In this document: positions 10,524 through 19,911 of the stretch, piece by piece
How positions within the stretch are numbered: position 1 is the first letter of the stretch
Layout: each line of letters starts with the position of its first letter
Translations under genes and position numbers: made by a program
Assembly (NCBI GenBank): GCA_041652755.1
Contig: JBAZGS010000006.1
Coordinates: 6,443 to 70,442 of the forward strand
Direction: 5' to 3'
Source of the DNA: Candidatus Nanoarchaeia archaeon
Lineage (GTDB): Archaea > Nanobdellota > Nanobdellia > Tiddalikarchaeales > Tiddalikarchaeaceae
Length of the DNA stretch: 64,000 bases
The notes under the pieces: model-generated
Database searches by the model: none
What the model saw: only the letters and a program-made list of their open reading frames with translations
Told to the model about the DNA's origin: nothing

Positions 10524-11081
10524 ATGAAATCCGATTTTTTCTATTACTTTTTCATTGCCTTCATTTTTTTAAGGTTTTTTTTAAGCGGAGCATTTTTGGC
10601 AGTCCACACTTTAATAACCTTCTCTGTCCCTTTAATTTATATTATTTACAATAAGCATTACCACATTTTCAAATTTGACATTAATGACACTGTCCAAAGC
10701 ATTCTTTTAAATTCGTTGTTCGGTTTTTTTGCCTGCATAGTTTTACTTTTTGGCTCAGCTTACTTTGGAAACTTCAACTGGGTTAACATTTTTGAGGTAT
10801 CAACTAATTTAATGATTCTGATGCTACTTATAAGCTTCAATTATGAATTGCTTATAAGGTATTTTTTCCAGGGATTTTTTGAAAAAAGATTCGGAGCATT
10901 GATTGGAATAATCATTCCAAGCTTAATAGGAGGATTAATCTTATTGCCTGATTTATTAAGCGCTGGCTCGTTTTTCATTGCAGGATTGTTTTTTGGTTAC
11001 ATTTTCAGCAAAACCAATGATATTTATGGAATTGCAATCGGAGGATTCATGATAAGGGTTGCTATTTCAGTTCTAGCATAG
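10524..11081 (+). CDS. CPBP/Abi-family intramembrane protease-like protein (degenerate motifs)
   Basis: Multi-TM; YELLIRYFFQ (cf. EExxFRG), AGLFFGYIFSKT. Confidence 0.65.
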   Translation: MKSDFFYYFFIAFIFLRFFLSGAFLAVHTLITFSVPLIYIIYNKHYHIFKFDINDTVQSILLNSLFGFFACIVLLFGSAYFGNFNWVNIFEVSTNLMILMLLISFNYELLIRYFFQGFFEKRFGALIGIIIPSLIGGLILLPDLLSAGSFFIAGLFFGYIFSKTNDIYGIAIGGFMIRVAISVLA

Positions 11082-11113
11082 GTTTTTTAATAAAATGATT
11101 TATTAAAAAATAT

Positions 11114-11881
11114 ATGAATATTATTATTGCAGCAATAGCTGGTTTATTGCAGGGAATTTTTGAGTGGATTCCAATAAGCAGCCAGGGAATTATTTCAATG
11201 TTTTTAGTGCTTACTGGACAAGATTTTTCAAGCGCAGTAAACATTGCTTTGTTTTTGCATGTGGGCACAATGTTTGCAGTCATTAGTTTTTTCAAAGATG
11301 ACATTAAAGGCTTGGTAAAGCCTAAAAACACTAAGGATTTGAATCTTTTATATTTTATACTATCAAGCACTTTTATTTCATTGCTTATTGGAGGGCCAAT
11401 TTATCTGTTTTTGAATTCTGACTCAACTATTTTTTCAAGCGTTAATGTTTTCATAGGAATTATGCTTTTAGTGACTGGAGCTCTTCAAATCATCAGAAAG
11501 AATTTCAGCTTAAGAAAAATGGGCTCTGAAACTAACCTAAATGACGGCTTAATAGTTGGAGCTTCCCAGGGATTATCGGTTATTCCTGGAATAAGCAGGA
11601 GCGGAATCACTGTATTCTCACTTTTACTTAGGGGTTTTAATGCTGATTATGCTTTGAAGCTTAGCTTTTTAATGAGTGTTCCTGTTGTTTTTATTGAATC
11701 AATGTACGAAGCTGTCTTTAAAGGATTCGGCTTTGATTTAAGCTATTTAGTTGCTGCATTAATTGCTTTCTTTGTAGGAAAGCTTACTATTGGTTTTTTC
11801 CTGAAATTTGTTAAAAAAGTTGACTTTTCAGCTTTTTGCATAATACTTGGCTTTTTAAGCATTGTTTCAGCAATATTTTAA
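11114..11881 (+). CDS. uppP: Undecaprenyl-diphosphate phosphatase (BacA/UppP family)
   Basis: QGIFEWIPISSQG, LHVGT, QGLSVIPGISRSG, SFLMSVP. Confidence 0.95.
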   Translation: MNIIIAAIAGLLQGIFEWIPISSQGIISMFLVLTGQDFSSAVNIALFLHVGTMFAVISFFKDDIKGLVKPKNTKDLNLLYFILSSTFISLLIGGPIYLFLNSDSTIFSSVNVFIGIMLLVTGALQIIRKNFSLRKMGSETNLNDGLIVGASQGLSVIPGISRSGITVFSLLLRGFNADYALKLSFLMSVPVVFIESMYEAVFKGFGFDLSYLVAALIAFFVGKLTIGFFLKFVKKVDFSAFCIILGFLSIVSAIF

Positions 11882-11906
11882 AACACTATGGCTTTTCTTT
11901 TAAGTT

Positions 11907-12668
11907 ATGTTTTATTTGATTGGAAGCGGCATTAATGGGTACGGCTCAATGCCTATTGAGGGAATAAATGCTTGCAAGGTTAGCGATTACGTTTATCTTG
12001 AAAGGTACACTAACATAATAAGCGATTATGATTTGTTAATGCTTGAGAAATTGATTGGGAAAAAAATAATTGAACTTTCAAGAATTGATTTAGAGACTGG
12101 TTTTGAAAAAAATGTTTTGCCTAAAGCTAGTGATAAAACTGTTTCTTTGATAATTGTAGGAGATCCTTTAAGCGCCACAACTCATATTGAATTCTTAAAG
12201 GAGTGCAAGGAAAAAAGAATTGATTATAAAGTAATCCATGCCAGCAGCATTTATTCAAGCCTGTGCGAAACTGGACTTTTTGTCTATAAGTTTGGCAAAA
12301 GCGCAAGCATTCCTTATCCTGAAAAAAACTATAACCCTACCAGTTTTTTTGACATTGTTGAAAATAATTTTAAGAACAACGCGCATACAATAGTTTTTTT
12401 GGATATAAAGAAAGATTTGGAAAAATATATGAGCATTAATGAAGGCTTAAGCATTCTTTTAAGGATTAGCAAGGAAAAAAAGTCATTTTTAAACAAAAAC
12501 ACCGAAATTATTGGGGTTTCAAGAATGGGTTATGATGACCAAATCATAAAATTCGGAAAAATAAAAGACTTAATAGAGTTTGATTTCAAAAAAAAGCCAC
12601 ACATCCTTATTATTCCTAAGTTAAGCGAGATTGAAAGAGAATATGTTAGCTTTTTGTATGGCAAATAA
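11907..12668 (+). CDS. dph5: Diphthine synthase
   Basis: YLERYT, GDPLSATTH, GLFVYKFGK, HTIVFLDI. Confidence 0.95.
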   Translation: MFYLIGSGINGYGSMPIEGINACKVSDYVYLERYTNIISDYDLLMLEKLIGKKIIELSRIDLETGFEKNVLPKASDKTVSLIIVGDPLSATTHIEFLKECKEKRIDYKVIHASSIYSSLCETGLFVYKFGKSASIPYPEKNYNPTSFFDIVENNFKNNAHTIVFLDIKKDLEKYMSINEGLSILLRISKEKKSFLNKNTEIIGVSRMGYDDQIIKFGKIKDLIEFDFKKKPHILIIPKLSEIEREYVSFLYGK

Positions 12669-12673
12669 TTTAA

Positions 12674-13354
12674 TTGCCAGACAGCTTTTTCTTATTCATG
12701 AATGAGGAGTTATCCAAGCTTATAAGCCAGGGTTTTTTTCTAAGCGCCAGAAAAATTATAATGGCTGATTTGCTTAACAAGCAGGGATTTGAGTGCTCGG
12801 TTAAGAATAATGAATTTTTTTTAAACCACCCCCAGTTTTCAATCATGATTAATGATTCTTCAAGTGTTCTCATAGGAGATGATTCTTACTTAAATGAAGC
12901 AATTAAGAGCATAAAAAAGGAGAGTTATGAAATGGTTTACAAAGCTATTTGTTCTAAAAAAAAACTGCTGAAAAATGATATGTTTAATTTCATAAATTTA
13001 GAGCTTAATCCATTGATTTTCCAATGCTTTCATGACTTCAAAATTGATTTTTCAAAGATTTCAAAGCGCTTGGAGAAAAAAAATGTTAGCTCAGTTTTTT
13101 CTAAAAATGTTTTCAGCGCTTGGAGAAAAAATACTCACTACAGCATAAAACTTGATGCTGATTATTCAATTAATGATGCTGATTTTTCGCTGGATTTTTT
13201 CAAGCTTAAAAATGATGAGTTGTTCATGGGTTTTCCTTACTCTATAAAATTTATGAGCAATCCATTTAAGGGATTCGTTTACAATGGCAACTTAAAAGAG
13301 TTTAAAGAAATTTCTTATGCTTTAATTGATGAGCTTGCTAAAGAATTCATATGA
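12674..13354 (+). CDS. Hypothetical protein
   Basis: 226-aa ORF filling the space after dph5; no motif recognised. Confidence 0.55.
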   Translation: MPDSFFLFMNEELSKLISQGFFLSARKIIMADLLNKQGFECSVKNNEFFLNHPQFSIMINDSSSVLIGDDSYLNEAIKSIKKESYEMVYKAICSKKKLLKNDMFNFINLELNPLIFQCFHDFKIDFSKISKRLEKKNVSSVFSKNVFSAWRKNTHYSIKLDADYSINDADFSLDFFKLKNDELFMGFPYSIKFMSNPFKGFVYNGNLKEFKEISYALIDELAKEFI

Positions 13355-13958
13355 GAACTTTCAAAAAATCGTCAAATTTTGGGTAAAAATAATCAATATC
13401 CTCAAAGTCTTTATGCTTTCCTGAAATTAGCATTGTTTTCATTCCAATCTCTTTTGCAAGGCTTAAATCCTTCAATTTTTCACTAACAACTAAGCATTCT
13501 TCAGGAAGCAACTTGGAATTAAGCATTGCATTTAAATACATCTTTTTGTTATCTTTTTTAATCTTTAACTTGCTGCTTATTGCTTCATAGTCAAATTCTA
13601 TCTTGTTATATTTTTTTATTGATTCATACCAAGGGTAATAAAAATTGCTGCATAATGCGAAGCTGAAATTAGCTTTAGCTTTGACCAACAGTTTTGGATC
13701 AAATATTATATTAAATGATTTTAAAAATTCTTTTTTTATACTTTTTAATTTCTTCCTTGTTTTTATTTTTTTCAATAAATTGTTCCAGAATATTTTCTCC
13801 GAAATTTTCCCAATTAATAACTTATCATACAAATCTAGTGTGCATAATTTTAGGCTTTGCTCACTGCCTTTAAAATTAAGTATTTTTTTCAATAAAGAAT
13901 ATTCATCTTCAGCGTTTGTAAGCATCACTGTTAAATCGACTATTACCAGCTTGAACAT
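13347..13958 (-). CDS. HAD-superfamily hydrolase-like protein (degenerate motifs)
   Basis: KLVIVDL, ALCSN, PEECLVV..DLSLAKEIGMKT follow HAD motif order. Confidence 0.75.
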   Translation of the reverse strand: MFKLVIVDLTVMLTNAEDEYSLLKKILNFKGSEQSLKLCTLDLYDKLLIGKISEKIFWNNLLKKIKTRKKLKSIKKEFLKSFNIIFDPKLLVKAKANFSFALCSNFYYPWYESIKKYNKIEFDYEAISSKLKIKKDNKKMYLNAMLNSKLLPEECLVVSEKLKDLSLAKEIGMKTMLISGKHKDFEDIDYFYPKFDDFLKVLI

Positions 13959-14770
13959 GTTATTTCCTTTTTTATTCCTTTTTCTGTTATGAATCCTTGG
14001 ACTAATTCATTGCTTGTTGTGTCAAAGGCAGGATTCCAAATATTAAGCCCTTTAGGAGGATTTTCCCATATTTCGCTTGGGTCCCTGTATTCTATTCTTA
14101 AATTGTCAGTGAACTTGAAAGTTTCAGTGCAGACATAGAAAGGCACTTTATGCTTTTTTGCAATATTTGCCAAAGTATCTGTTCCAATCTTATTAACAAA
14201 ATAATTCTTAGTCAACGCATCGCAACCCACAAATACAATGCTTGGCGGAAAAATCTCAAAAGCTTCAGTCATGCCGCTGTCAATTGTTAAAGTTGTTCTT
14301 ATGCCTAACTCAGTCAAGTCTTTTGCAGTCACTCTTCCTTGAAATAATGGCCTTGCTTCAAAGCATACAACATTAAAATTTTTTCCCTGCTCTTTTGCTT
14401 TCTTTAAAATCCTTATAACTGAGCTGCTATGGCAGTGAGTAAAAATATTCATACCCTCCTTTATCAGGTTAGCACCTAAATCGCTTATTATTTTTTCAGA
14501 ATCCTCTTTTTCTTTTATTAATTTATTAGCTAATTTGACGAAATCCTCTTTTTTCTTGGCATTTCTTATTATGTAATTTATTCCATTAATTAACATTGGC
14601 TCTGTTGGCCTTGCATTAAAAAGCTCTGATTTGGCGAATTCAACATCTTTTTTATAGTCTTTTCCATTTTCAACATGTTTAGCGAAAGCCATTATTCCTT
14701 GCTTTGCAATCGCACTAGCTCCTTGGATGTGAATCTTTTTTATGCCTTCAACCACTTCTTTAAATTTCAT
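13943..14770 (-). CDS. Ribose-1,5-bisphosphate isomerase / eIF-2B-like family
   Basis: IQGA, ARPTEP, THCHSS (catalytic Cys), EARPLFQG, GCDA, NKIGT, NPAFD. Confidence 0.9.
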   Translation of the reverse strand: MKFKEVVEGIKKIHIQGASAIAKQGIMAFAKHVENGKDYKKDVEFAKSELFNARPTEPMLINGINYIIRNAKKKEDFVKLANKLIKEKEDSEKIISDLGANLIKEGMNIFTHCHSSSVIRILKKAKEQGKNFNVVCFEARPLFQGRVTAKDLTELGIRTTLTIDSGMTEAFEIFPPSIVFVGCDALTKNYFVNKIGTDTLANIAKKHKVPFYVCTETFKFTDNLRIEYRDPSEIWENPPKGLNIWNPAFDTTSNELVQGFITEKGIKKEITCSSW

Positions 14771-14830
14771 AATAAAACTTAATTATTGCTGATTTAAAAG
14801 AATTTATGTTAAATAATTCAAAAAAAAAGA

Positions 14831-15109
14831 TTATACATCTACTGTTCTTCTTACATCTGTCACTTCTACACTGTTAACTCCTTCTATTTCTGAAATCTCA
14901 TTTTCTATTGGCTCAGTGCTTCCTTTGCTTTCATCCATTATTGCCATTATTTCTATTGCTTTTAGCCCGAAAGCAACTGGCTTAAGCTCAACTTTTCCTA
15001 CTTCTCCATGCTTTGAAAGAATATCCTTAATTTTTTCAGATAAAGCGTTCAAGTCAATTTCTACAGATTCTGGCATTATGTTAAAAGTTACCACTACTTT
15101 TGATGCCAT
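14831..15109 (-). CDS. ef1b: Archaeal elongation factor 1-beta
   Basis: IMPES, PVAFGLKA, IEGVNSVEV; start moved to MASKV. Confidence 0.95.
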   Translation of the reverse strand: MASKVVVTFNIMPESVEIDLNALSEKIKDILSKHGEVGKVELKPVAFGLKAIEIMAIMDESKGSTEPIENEISEIEGVNSVEVTDVRRTVDV

Positions 15110-15110
15110 C

Positions 15111-15278
15111 TTAAGGTCCACCTGTTTTGCAATTAGGGCAGACATACTTAATCATTGATTTCCTGCACCTTCCGCACCTAATTATTGTGTTTTTGCAATT
15201 TGGACATTTGAATTCTACGCTATTTTCTCCGCCCACGATTTCATTTTTACATGAGATGCATATTTTCTTTATTGTCAT
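15111..15278 (-). CDS. 55-aa zinc-ribbon protein (HVO_2753/DUF1610-like), missing from ORF track
   Basis: Hand translation MTIKKICISCKNEIVGGENSVEFKCPNCKNTIIRCGRCRKSMIKYVCPNCKTGGP; four CxxC pairs; usual position directly upstream of aEF-1beta. Confidence 0.92.
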   Translation of the reverse strand: MTIKKICISCKNEIVGGENSVEFKCPNCKNTIIRCGRCRKSMIKYVCPNCKTGGP

Positions 15279-15319
15279 ATGTTAAATTAGATAAAAGAAT
15301 TGTTTTTAAATCTTGCTGT

Positions 15320-16024
15320 CTAAATAAGCTCAGAATCTATTAACTCAAGCATGTTATTTTTAAGCTCTTCTTCTATTTTTGCATTCTTTTTTATAAGCTC
15401 TTTTGACACTTCTAAATTAATCTTTGATAGTTCCAGCCTTGAATTAGTGCTAGTTTTCATGTATTGCAGTTGCTCTATTACTGAACGCTTGAATTTTCCA
15501 CTCCATAAAAAAGGCCTGATGAATCCTGCTACTCCAGTATCCCCAATGTAATCAGCATCCTGAACTATTTTTAATTCCAAGGGTTTTTTGCCTTTAAATC
15601 CCTCCCTTTTGTCATGGTTTTCTATCAAATAGCAAACTTCTTTGATGAACTCTTCGCTGTGTCCTAATTTTTTAAGCACTGGTTTTGCGAGTTCAGCACT
15701 TAATTTAGGATGCTTATGCCATTCCTCATCCGGATTCTTAGCCCAGCCTTTAATAGTTATCACTTTTTTTATGTCAATTTTTGACTTGCCAATGTCATGA
15801 AATAGGGTTGCTGTCAAGACTTCTTCCTTTTTGACTTTTTCGGGCAATAATTTTATTATCTCTTTTGCGCTTTCAAAAACCCTTAATGTAAAAAAAGTTT
15901 CATCAAGAGGGCCTGAGCAAAAATAATGCCTTTTTTTAAAATACTTGCATGCTATTTGGTATAATTTCTTGTAATCAGGATGTTTGTCAGCTTCATTCAT
16001 AATTACTAAAGAATTAAAAATCAT
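15320..16024 (-). CDS. HD-domain protein
   Basis: LFHDIGK, H..SA, IENHD, IVQDADYI. Confidence 0.85.
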   Translation of the reverse strand: MIFNSLVIMNEADKHPDYKKLYQIACKYFKKRHYFCSGPLDETFFTLRVFESAKEIIKLLPEKVKKEEVLTATLFHDIGKSKIDIKKVITIKGWAKNPDEEWHKHPKLSAELAKPVLKKLGHSEEFIKEVCYLIENHDKREGFKGKKPLELKIVQDADYIGDTGVAGFIRPFLWSGKFKRSVIEQLQYMKTSTNSRLELSKINLEVSKELIKKNAKIEEELKNNMLELIDSELI

Positions 16025-16042
16025 GAAAATAAATAACTATCT

Positions 16043-16393
16043 ATGGAATATAAGCAGGCAATAATACTTCGCACCAATTTAGGCATGGACAAAGGCAAAT
16101 TAGTGAGCCAGGGGGCTCATGCAAGCGTTGCATCAGCTTACAAGACTTTTCAGAAACATCCAGAAATTTTCAGGGAATGGATAGGCAGCATGAAAAAAAT
16201 AGTATTGAAAGTGAGCAGCGAGAAGGAATTGATGGAATTAAAAGTCAAGGCTGCAAAAGCAGGATTAGTTGTAGAATTAATTAGGGATGCTGGAAGGACG
16301 CAAATTGAGCCGGGCTCAATCACTGCACTAGGAATAGGGCCTGATACTGATGAAAAAGTAGATGCAATAATTAATGATTTAAAACTGCTTTAA
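16043..16393 (+). CDS. pth2: Peptidyl-tRNA hydrolase Pth2
   Basis: KGKLVSQGAHA, KKIVLK, DAGRTQI, GIGP. Confidence 0.97.
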   Translation: MEYKQAIILRTNLGMDKGKLVSQGAHASVASAYKTFQKHPEIFREWIGSMKKIVLKVSSEKELMELKVKAAKAGLVVELIRDAGRTQIEPGSITALGIGPDTDEKVDAIINDLKLL

Positions 16394-16398
16394 GATTA

Positions 16399-17766
16399 TT
16401 ATTCAAATACTTTGTTGATTAATTTTGTTGTTTGATAAGCCATTCTTTCAGATGTTAAAGGATTATCCCTTAACAATACTGACTTCCTTATTTTATTAGC
16501 TGTGTCAAAATCATAAGGCATTCCTTTAAATTTTTCTATAGCATCCATGAAATCAGTTGCTGCCTGTTCAACTGCCCTACTTTTTAGTATTAATTCATCA
16601 TTAGTTTTTGGATAAGGTATATTAATATCTAAAGGCAAAGGCACTAACCTATTATTTTTAATGTCAGTTATTACTTCAGGTATTCCTCCAATATATGAAG
16701 CTATTGTTCTTGTTCCAGCCATTTGAGCTTCAACAACGCTTAATCCTAAAGCTTCGCTTCTTGCAGGGTGCAAATAAATATCTAATAATTGAACTAAAGG
16801 AGTTGTGAATAATCCTGCATAAATTTCTGAATCAGTTATTCCATCATTGCTTAATGAAGATTTGAATGATTCTGAAACTAAGTTATCATATTCTTTTTGC
16901 CCTGTCAAAAATTTTGATATATCAAAGCCTATCCTTATCCTTTTAGAATCAATAAGTTCAGAGCAATTATCTTCAACGTATTTAAAAAAATTAGTCCTGT
17001 CGAGACCGTTGCTTGAAGCAAAAACGAAATAGGTTTCATCATTTTGGGATTCAAGCTTTTCAAGCAAATTCTTGATGATGTCAACCCCTTTTAATTCCTG
17101 CATTCTGCCAACATATCCTATAACTGTTGCTTTTGGACTTATTTTCAAGCACTCTTCCCTCAAAGTAGTTCTTTCATCTACATTTAAAGGAGTATATAAT
17201 TGCTCGTTTACTCCATTCATAACAACATTCATATTTTTATGCATGTTTGGAAAATATTTAAATGACTCTTTAACATGCTCGCTTACACCTATGTTCAAGT
17301 CTATTAATTTATCCTCAAGATAGCCATTCATTCTTTTATAATCATCAGGCCTTCTCATATGCGGACCAAAAGAATACAAGTCGCTTAAGCAATGCCAATG
17401 AGCCATTGTTTTTATGTTAGGAGTCCTTTCTTTCTCAAGCAATCTTGAAGCAGTCATGAAATGAAGATCAACCATTGACTGCCCATCCAATGATCTTATG
17501 CACTCATACATATTGCTCATTGTTTCAGCATTGTTTGTCCCTTTATTTATTCTGACTACATTAATACCTAATGATTCTTTTACTGACTTATCAGCCACTT
17601 CATAAAATGCCTCTTGGCCAGTGACTGGTTTTACTGTTGTTAATAAATAGATGTTAAAATCCTTTTTTTGATATTTTGATAATTCATTTATAACTATTGT
17701 TTGGCCATAAGAATGCTGGTCTATTGGAAAATCATTTTTATCATAAATATGAATCAAGTTCTTCAT
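16399..17766 (-). CDS. GT4-family glycosyltransferase
   Basis: NGV, YVGRMQELKG, PARSEALGLSVVEAQMAG, GGIPEVI. Confidence 0.9.
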   Translation of the reverse strand: MKNLIHIYDKNDFPIDQHSYGQTIVINELSKYQKKDFNIYLLTTVKPVTGQEAFYEVADKSVKESLGINVVRINKGTNNAETMSNMYECIRSLDGQSMVDLHFMTASRLLEKERTPNIKTMAHWHCLSDLYSFGPHMRRPDDYKRMNGYLEDKLIDLNIGVSEHVKESFKYFPNMHKNMNVVMNGVNEQLYTPLNVDERTTLREECLKISPKATVIGYVGRMQELKGVDIIKNLLEKLESQNDETYFVFASSNGLDRTNFFKYVEDNCSELIDSKRIRIGFDISKFLTGQKEYDNLVSESFKSSLSNDGITDSEIYAGLFTTPLVQLLDIYLHPARSEALGLSVVEAQMAGTRTIASYIGGIPEVITDIKNNRLVPLPLDINIPYPKTNDELILKSRAVEQAATDFMDAIEKFKGMPYDFDTANKIRKSVLLRDNPLTSERMAYQTTKLINKVFE

Positions 17767-17872
17767 ACTATATCATGTAATTATTCTTTTTAAAAAGCCT
17801 TTTATTGCCCAATTTAAAGGTATGAAGTGCATATTTGTTGAAACTTTAAAAAATAGGTTAATTGCTTTAATA

Positions 17873-18949
17873 TTACCTTGTTATTTGGAAGCTTAAGACT
17901 TTATCTTTCAAGGCTTTTGCAGCTTTATTGGTTTCAAAATGCTTCCTTACTGGAATTAAGCATTGGTCAATGTAGTCAGCAATGGTAGTTTTTAAGTCCA
18001 TGGGGTGAATCTTTTTAGCAAGGAATAACTCCTTTAATTCTTCATAGCTTTTAATATTTAAGTTGCCTCCAAACTTTTCAGGCCTTTTAACAGTGATTTC
18101 TTTGAATTTTTCAAAAACAATGTATTTTGCGTATTCTAAAATGGGATTATCCTCTTCTTTTCCTTCAGGACAATAAGCTTTTTGGAACTTTCTTATAACA
18201 TCTTCTCTAGAATCAGTCATGAAAATGGCAGTATCAGGCTTTGATTTGCTCATTTTCATTGCAATCTTTCTGTCAATGCCTTCTGCATCTGTTTCTTTGA
18301 ATTGAAGCCCAAGCAGCATGTGATTATGTATTGCTACTGGAGCTTTAAGCCCTAATTTAGGAAACAATTCCCTTGCTAGCATGTTAACCTTTCTTTGATC
18401 TAATCCTAATTGCGCAATATCAACCCCTAATTCTTTCATGTCAGCAGTTTGCATTAAGGGGTAAAGTATTTGACTGCTAGGGTTGCTGGTGCTTTCTTCC
18501 CTTCCCATTATTTGGCTGCATCTAAGAACTCTTTGGACAGTTGCATGAGTGGATAATCTCAGCACTGTTTCCATGTAAGTCGGACTCTTGGTTATTACAT
18601 CACTTGCCCAGACGAATTCAACATTTTTTAAGTCCATCCCGCATGCTTTCCATATTTCTATAAAATATTTGCCAACTGTTTGTATTTTATCCAAATCTCC
18701 CCCCATTTTATTATTAAGCATTGCGAACCAGTCTGCAATATAGAACTTGAACTTAATGCCTAAGCTTGTTAGTTTATTTACATTAATAGCCCTCATTAAA
18801 CCTTGGGCAATATGAAGCTGCCCTGATGGCTCAAATCCATCATAAGCAACAGGATGAGCTTTAGTTTTTAATAAATTAATCAAATCTTCTTCACTTATTA
18901 TTTCTTCAGCAAAGCTCTTAATAATTCTAATCTTTTCATCAACATTCAT
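17873..18949 (-). CDS. tyrS: Tyrosyl-tRNA synthetase (archaeal type)
   Basis: YDGFEPSG..HIAQ, YPLMQ, GLDQRKV, KMSKS. Confidence 0.97.
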   Translation of the reverse strand: MNVDEKIRIIKSFAEEIISEEDLINLLKTKAHPVAYDGFEPSGQLHIAQGLMRAINVNKLTSLGIKFKFYIADWFAMLNNKMGGDLDKIQTVGKYFIEIWKACGMDLKNVEFVWASDVITKSPTYMETVLRLSTHATVQRVLRCSQIMGREESTSNPSSQILYPLMQTADMKELGVDIAQLGLDQRKVNMLARELFPKLGLKAPVAIHNHMLLGLQFKETDAEGIDRKIAMKMSKSKPDTAIFMTDSREDVIRKFQKAYCPEGKEEDNPILEYAKYIVFEKFKEITVKRPEKFGGNLNIKSYEELKELFLAKKIHPMDLKTTIADYIDQCLIPVRKHFETNKAAKALKDKVLSFQITR

Positions 18950-19005
18950 GATAATAACTTATTAATGGATTATTTTAAAGTTTTTTAATTTTTATTTAAG
19001 AAAAA

Positions 19006-19467
19006 TTATAAATCTTCAAAAATCATGCTTACAAATAATGTTTTGAAATTGTTTTTTTCATAAAAGCTCATTAAATCGCGAGGGCTTACTGAATCAGCGA
19101 GCACTATTATTTTTGAATTGCCGTGCTTTTTTAGCTCTTCTTTGCAGGCAGTGACAAGTTTTGTGCCTATGCCTTTTTTTCTGTGGCTTTTTTTAATATA
19201 AATTGAGTCAAGTTCTGCATAAGTTTCGCCTTTTTTTAATCTATACATAATAGTGTTTTCTGTTGATTTCTTGATTTTACACATTAAAAAGCCAATAATT
19301 TCTTTCCCTTCTTTTGCAATAAATGTAGTTGATTTGCTTAGCTGCTCTTTAAATTCATTGAAAGTGATTGGAATGGTTTTTGGCGAGACTTTTTCAGCAG
19401 CCCAAGTAGTGTATAGATTAAATAGCTCTTTTGTATCCACTTTGTCATTGGCTACTATTATTTCCAT
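19006..19467 (-). CDS. GNAT-family acetyltransferase
   Basis: IYIKKSHRKKGIGTKL, FYEKNNF. Confidence 0.9.
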   Translation of the reverse strand: MEIIVANDKVDTKELFNLYTTWAAEKVSPKTIPITFNEFKEQLSKSTTFIAKEGKEIIGFLMCKIKKSTENTIMYRLKKGETYAELDSIYIKKSHRKKGIGTKLVTACKEELKKHGNSKIIVLADSVSPRDLMSFYEKNNFKTLFVSMIFEDL

Positions 19468-19506
19468 GAATTAATTAAAGATTCATTTATTTAAAAAAAA
19501 ATGGTT

Positions 19507-19640
19507 TCCCGCGGGGCAGAGTCGAACCGCCAACCTTCCGGTGTCTGCTATACGGCATATCATTGAAGCCATAAGGGCTATTCTCATGCCATGACTATAA
19601 TTATCTACAGCCAGACGCACCACCATTGTGCTACCGCGGG
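19507..19640 (-). tRNA. tRNA-Tyr(GTA) with 62-nt intron at 37/38 (intron 19543-19604)
   Basis: Acceptor CCCGCGG/CCGCGGG+A with C1:G72, anticodon arm TCTGG-CTGTAG^A-CCGGA, T arm GGCGG-TTCGACT-CTGCC; BHB helix CTGT/GCAG with 3-nt bulges; CCA not encoded. Confidence 0.95.
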
Positions 19641-19911
19641 GCAAATAAACTAATATTTAAAGAGCTTGTTTGTTTTTTAAAATTAACGAAAAATATAAAA
19701 ATACCTGATTTTATCTTTAAGTTTTATGAATAAAGTTAGTTCGAATGGTTTTGGATTGGCTGCATTCAGGTTTTTCTTTTTTTATTGAAATAAGCAATAA
19801 TCAATGTTGCTTATGAGAAAAAAATTCTACTTATTAGAAATTTTTTTATGGGCAGCTAAAAAAAGAAAAAACTATGGTTAAAAAAAATTGTGTGGTGAAA
19901 AATAAAAATGA

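Noticed and set aside
13065..13131. 17-bp direct repeat AGCGCTTGGAGAAAAAA, 50 bp apart
   Set aside because: Only two copies, inside an open ORF and partly poly-A; no element or array structure
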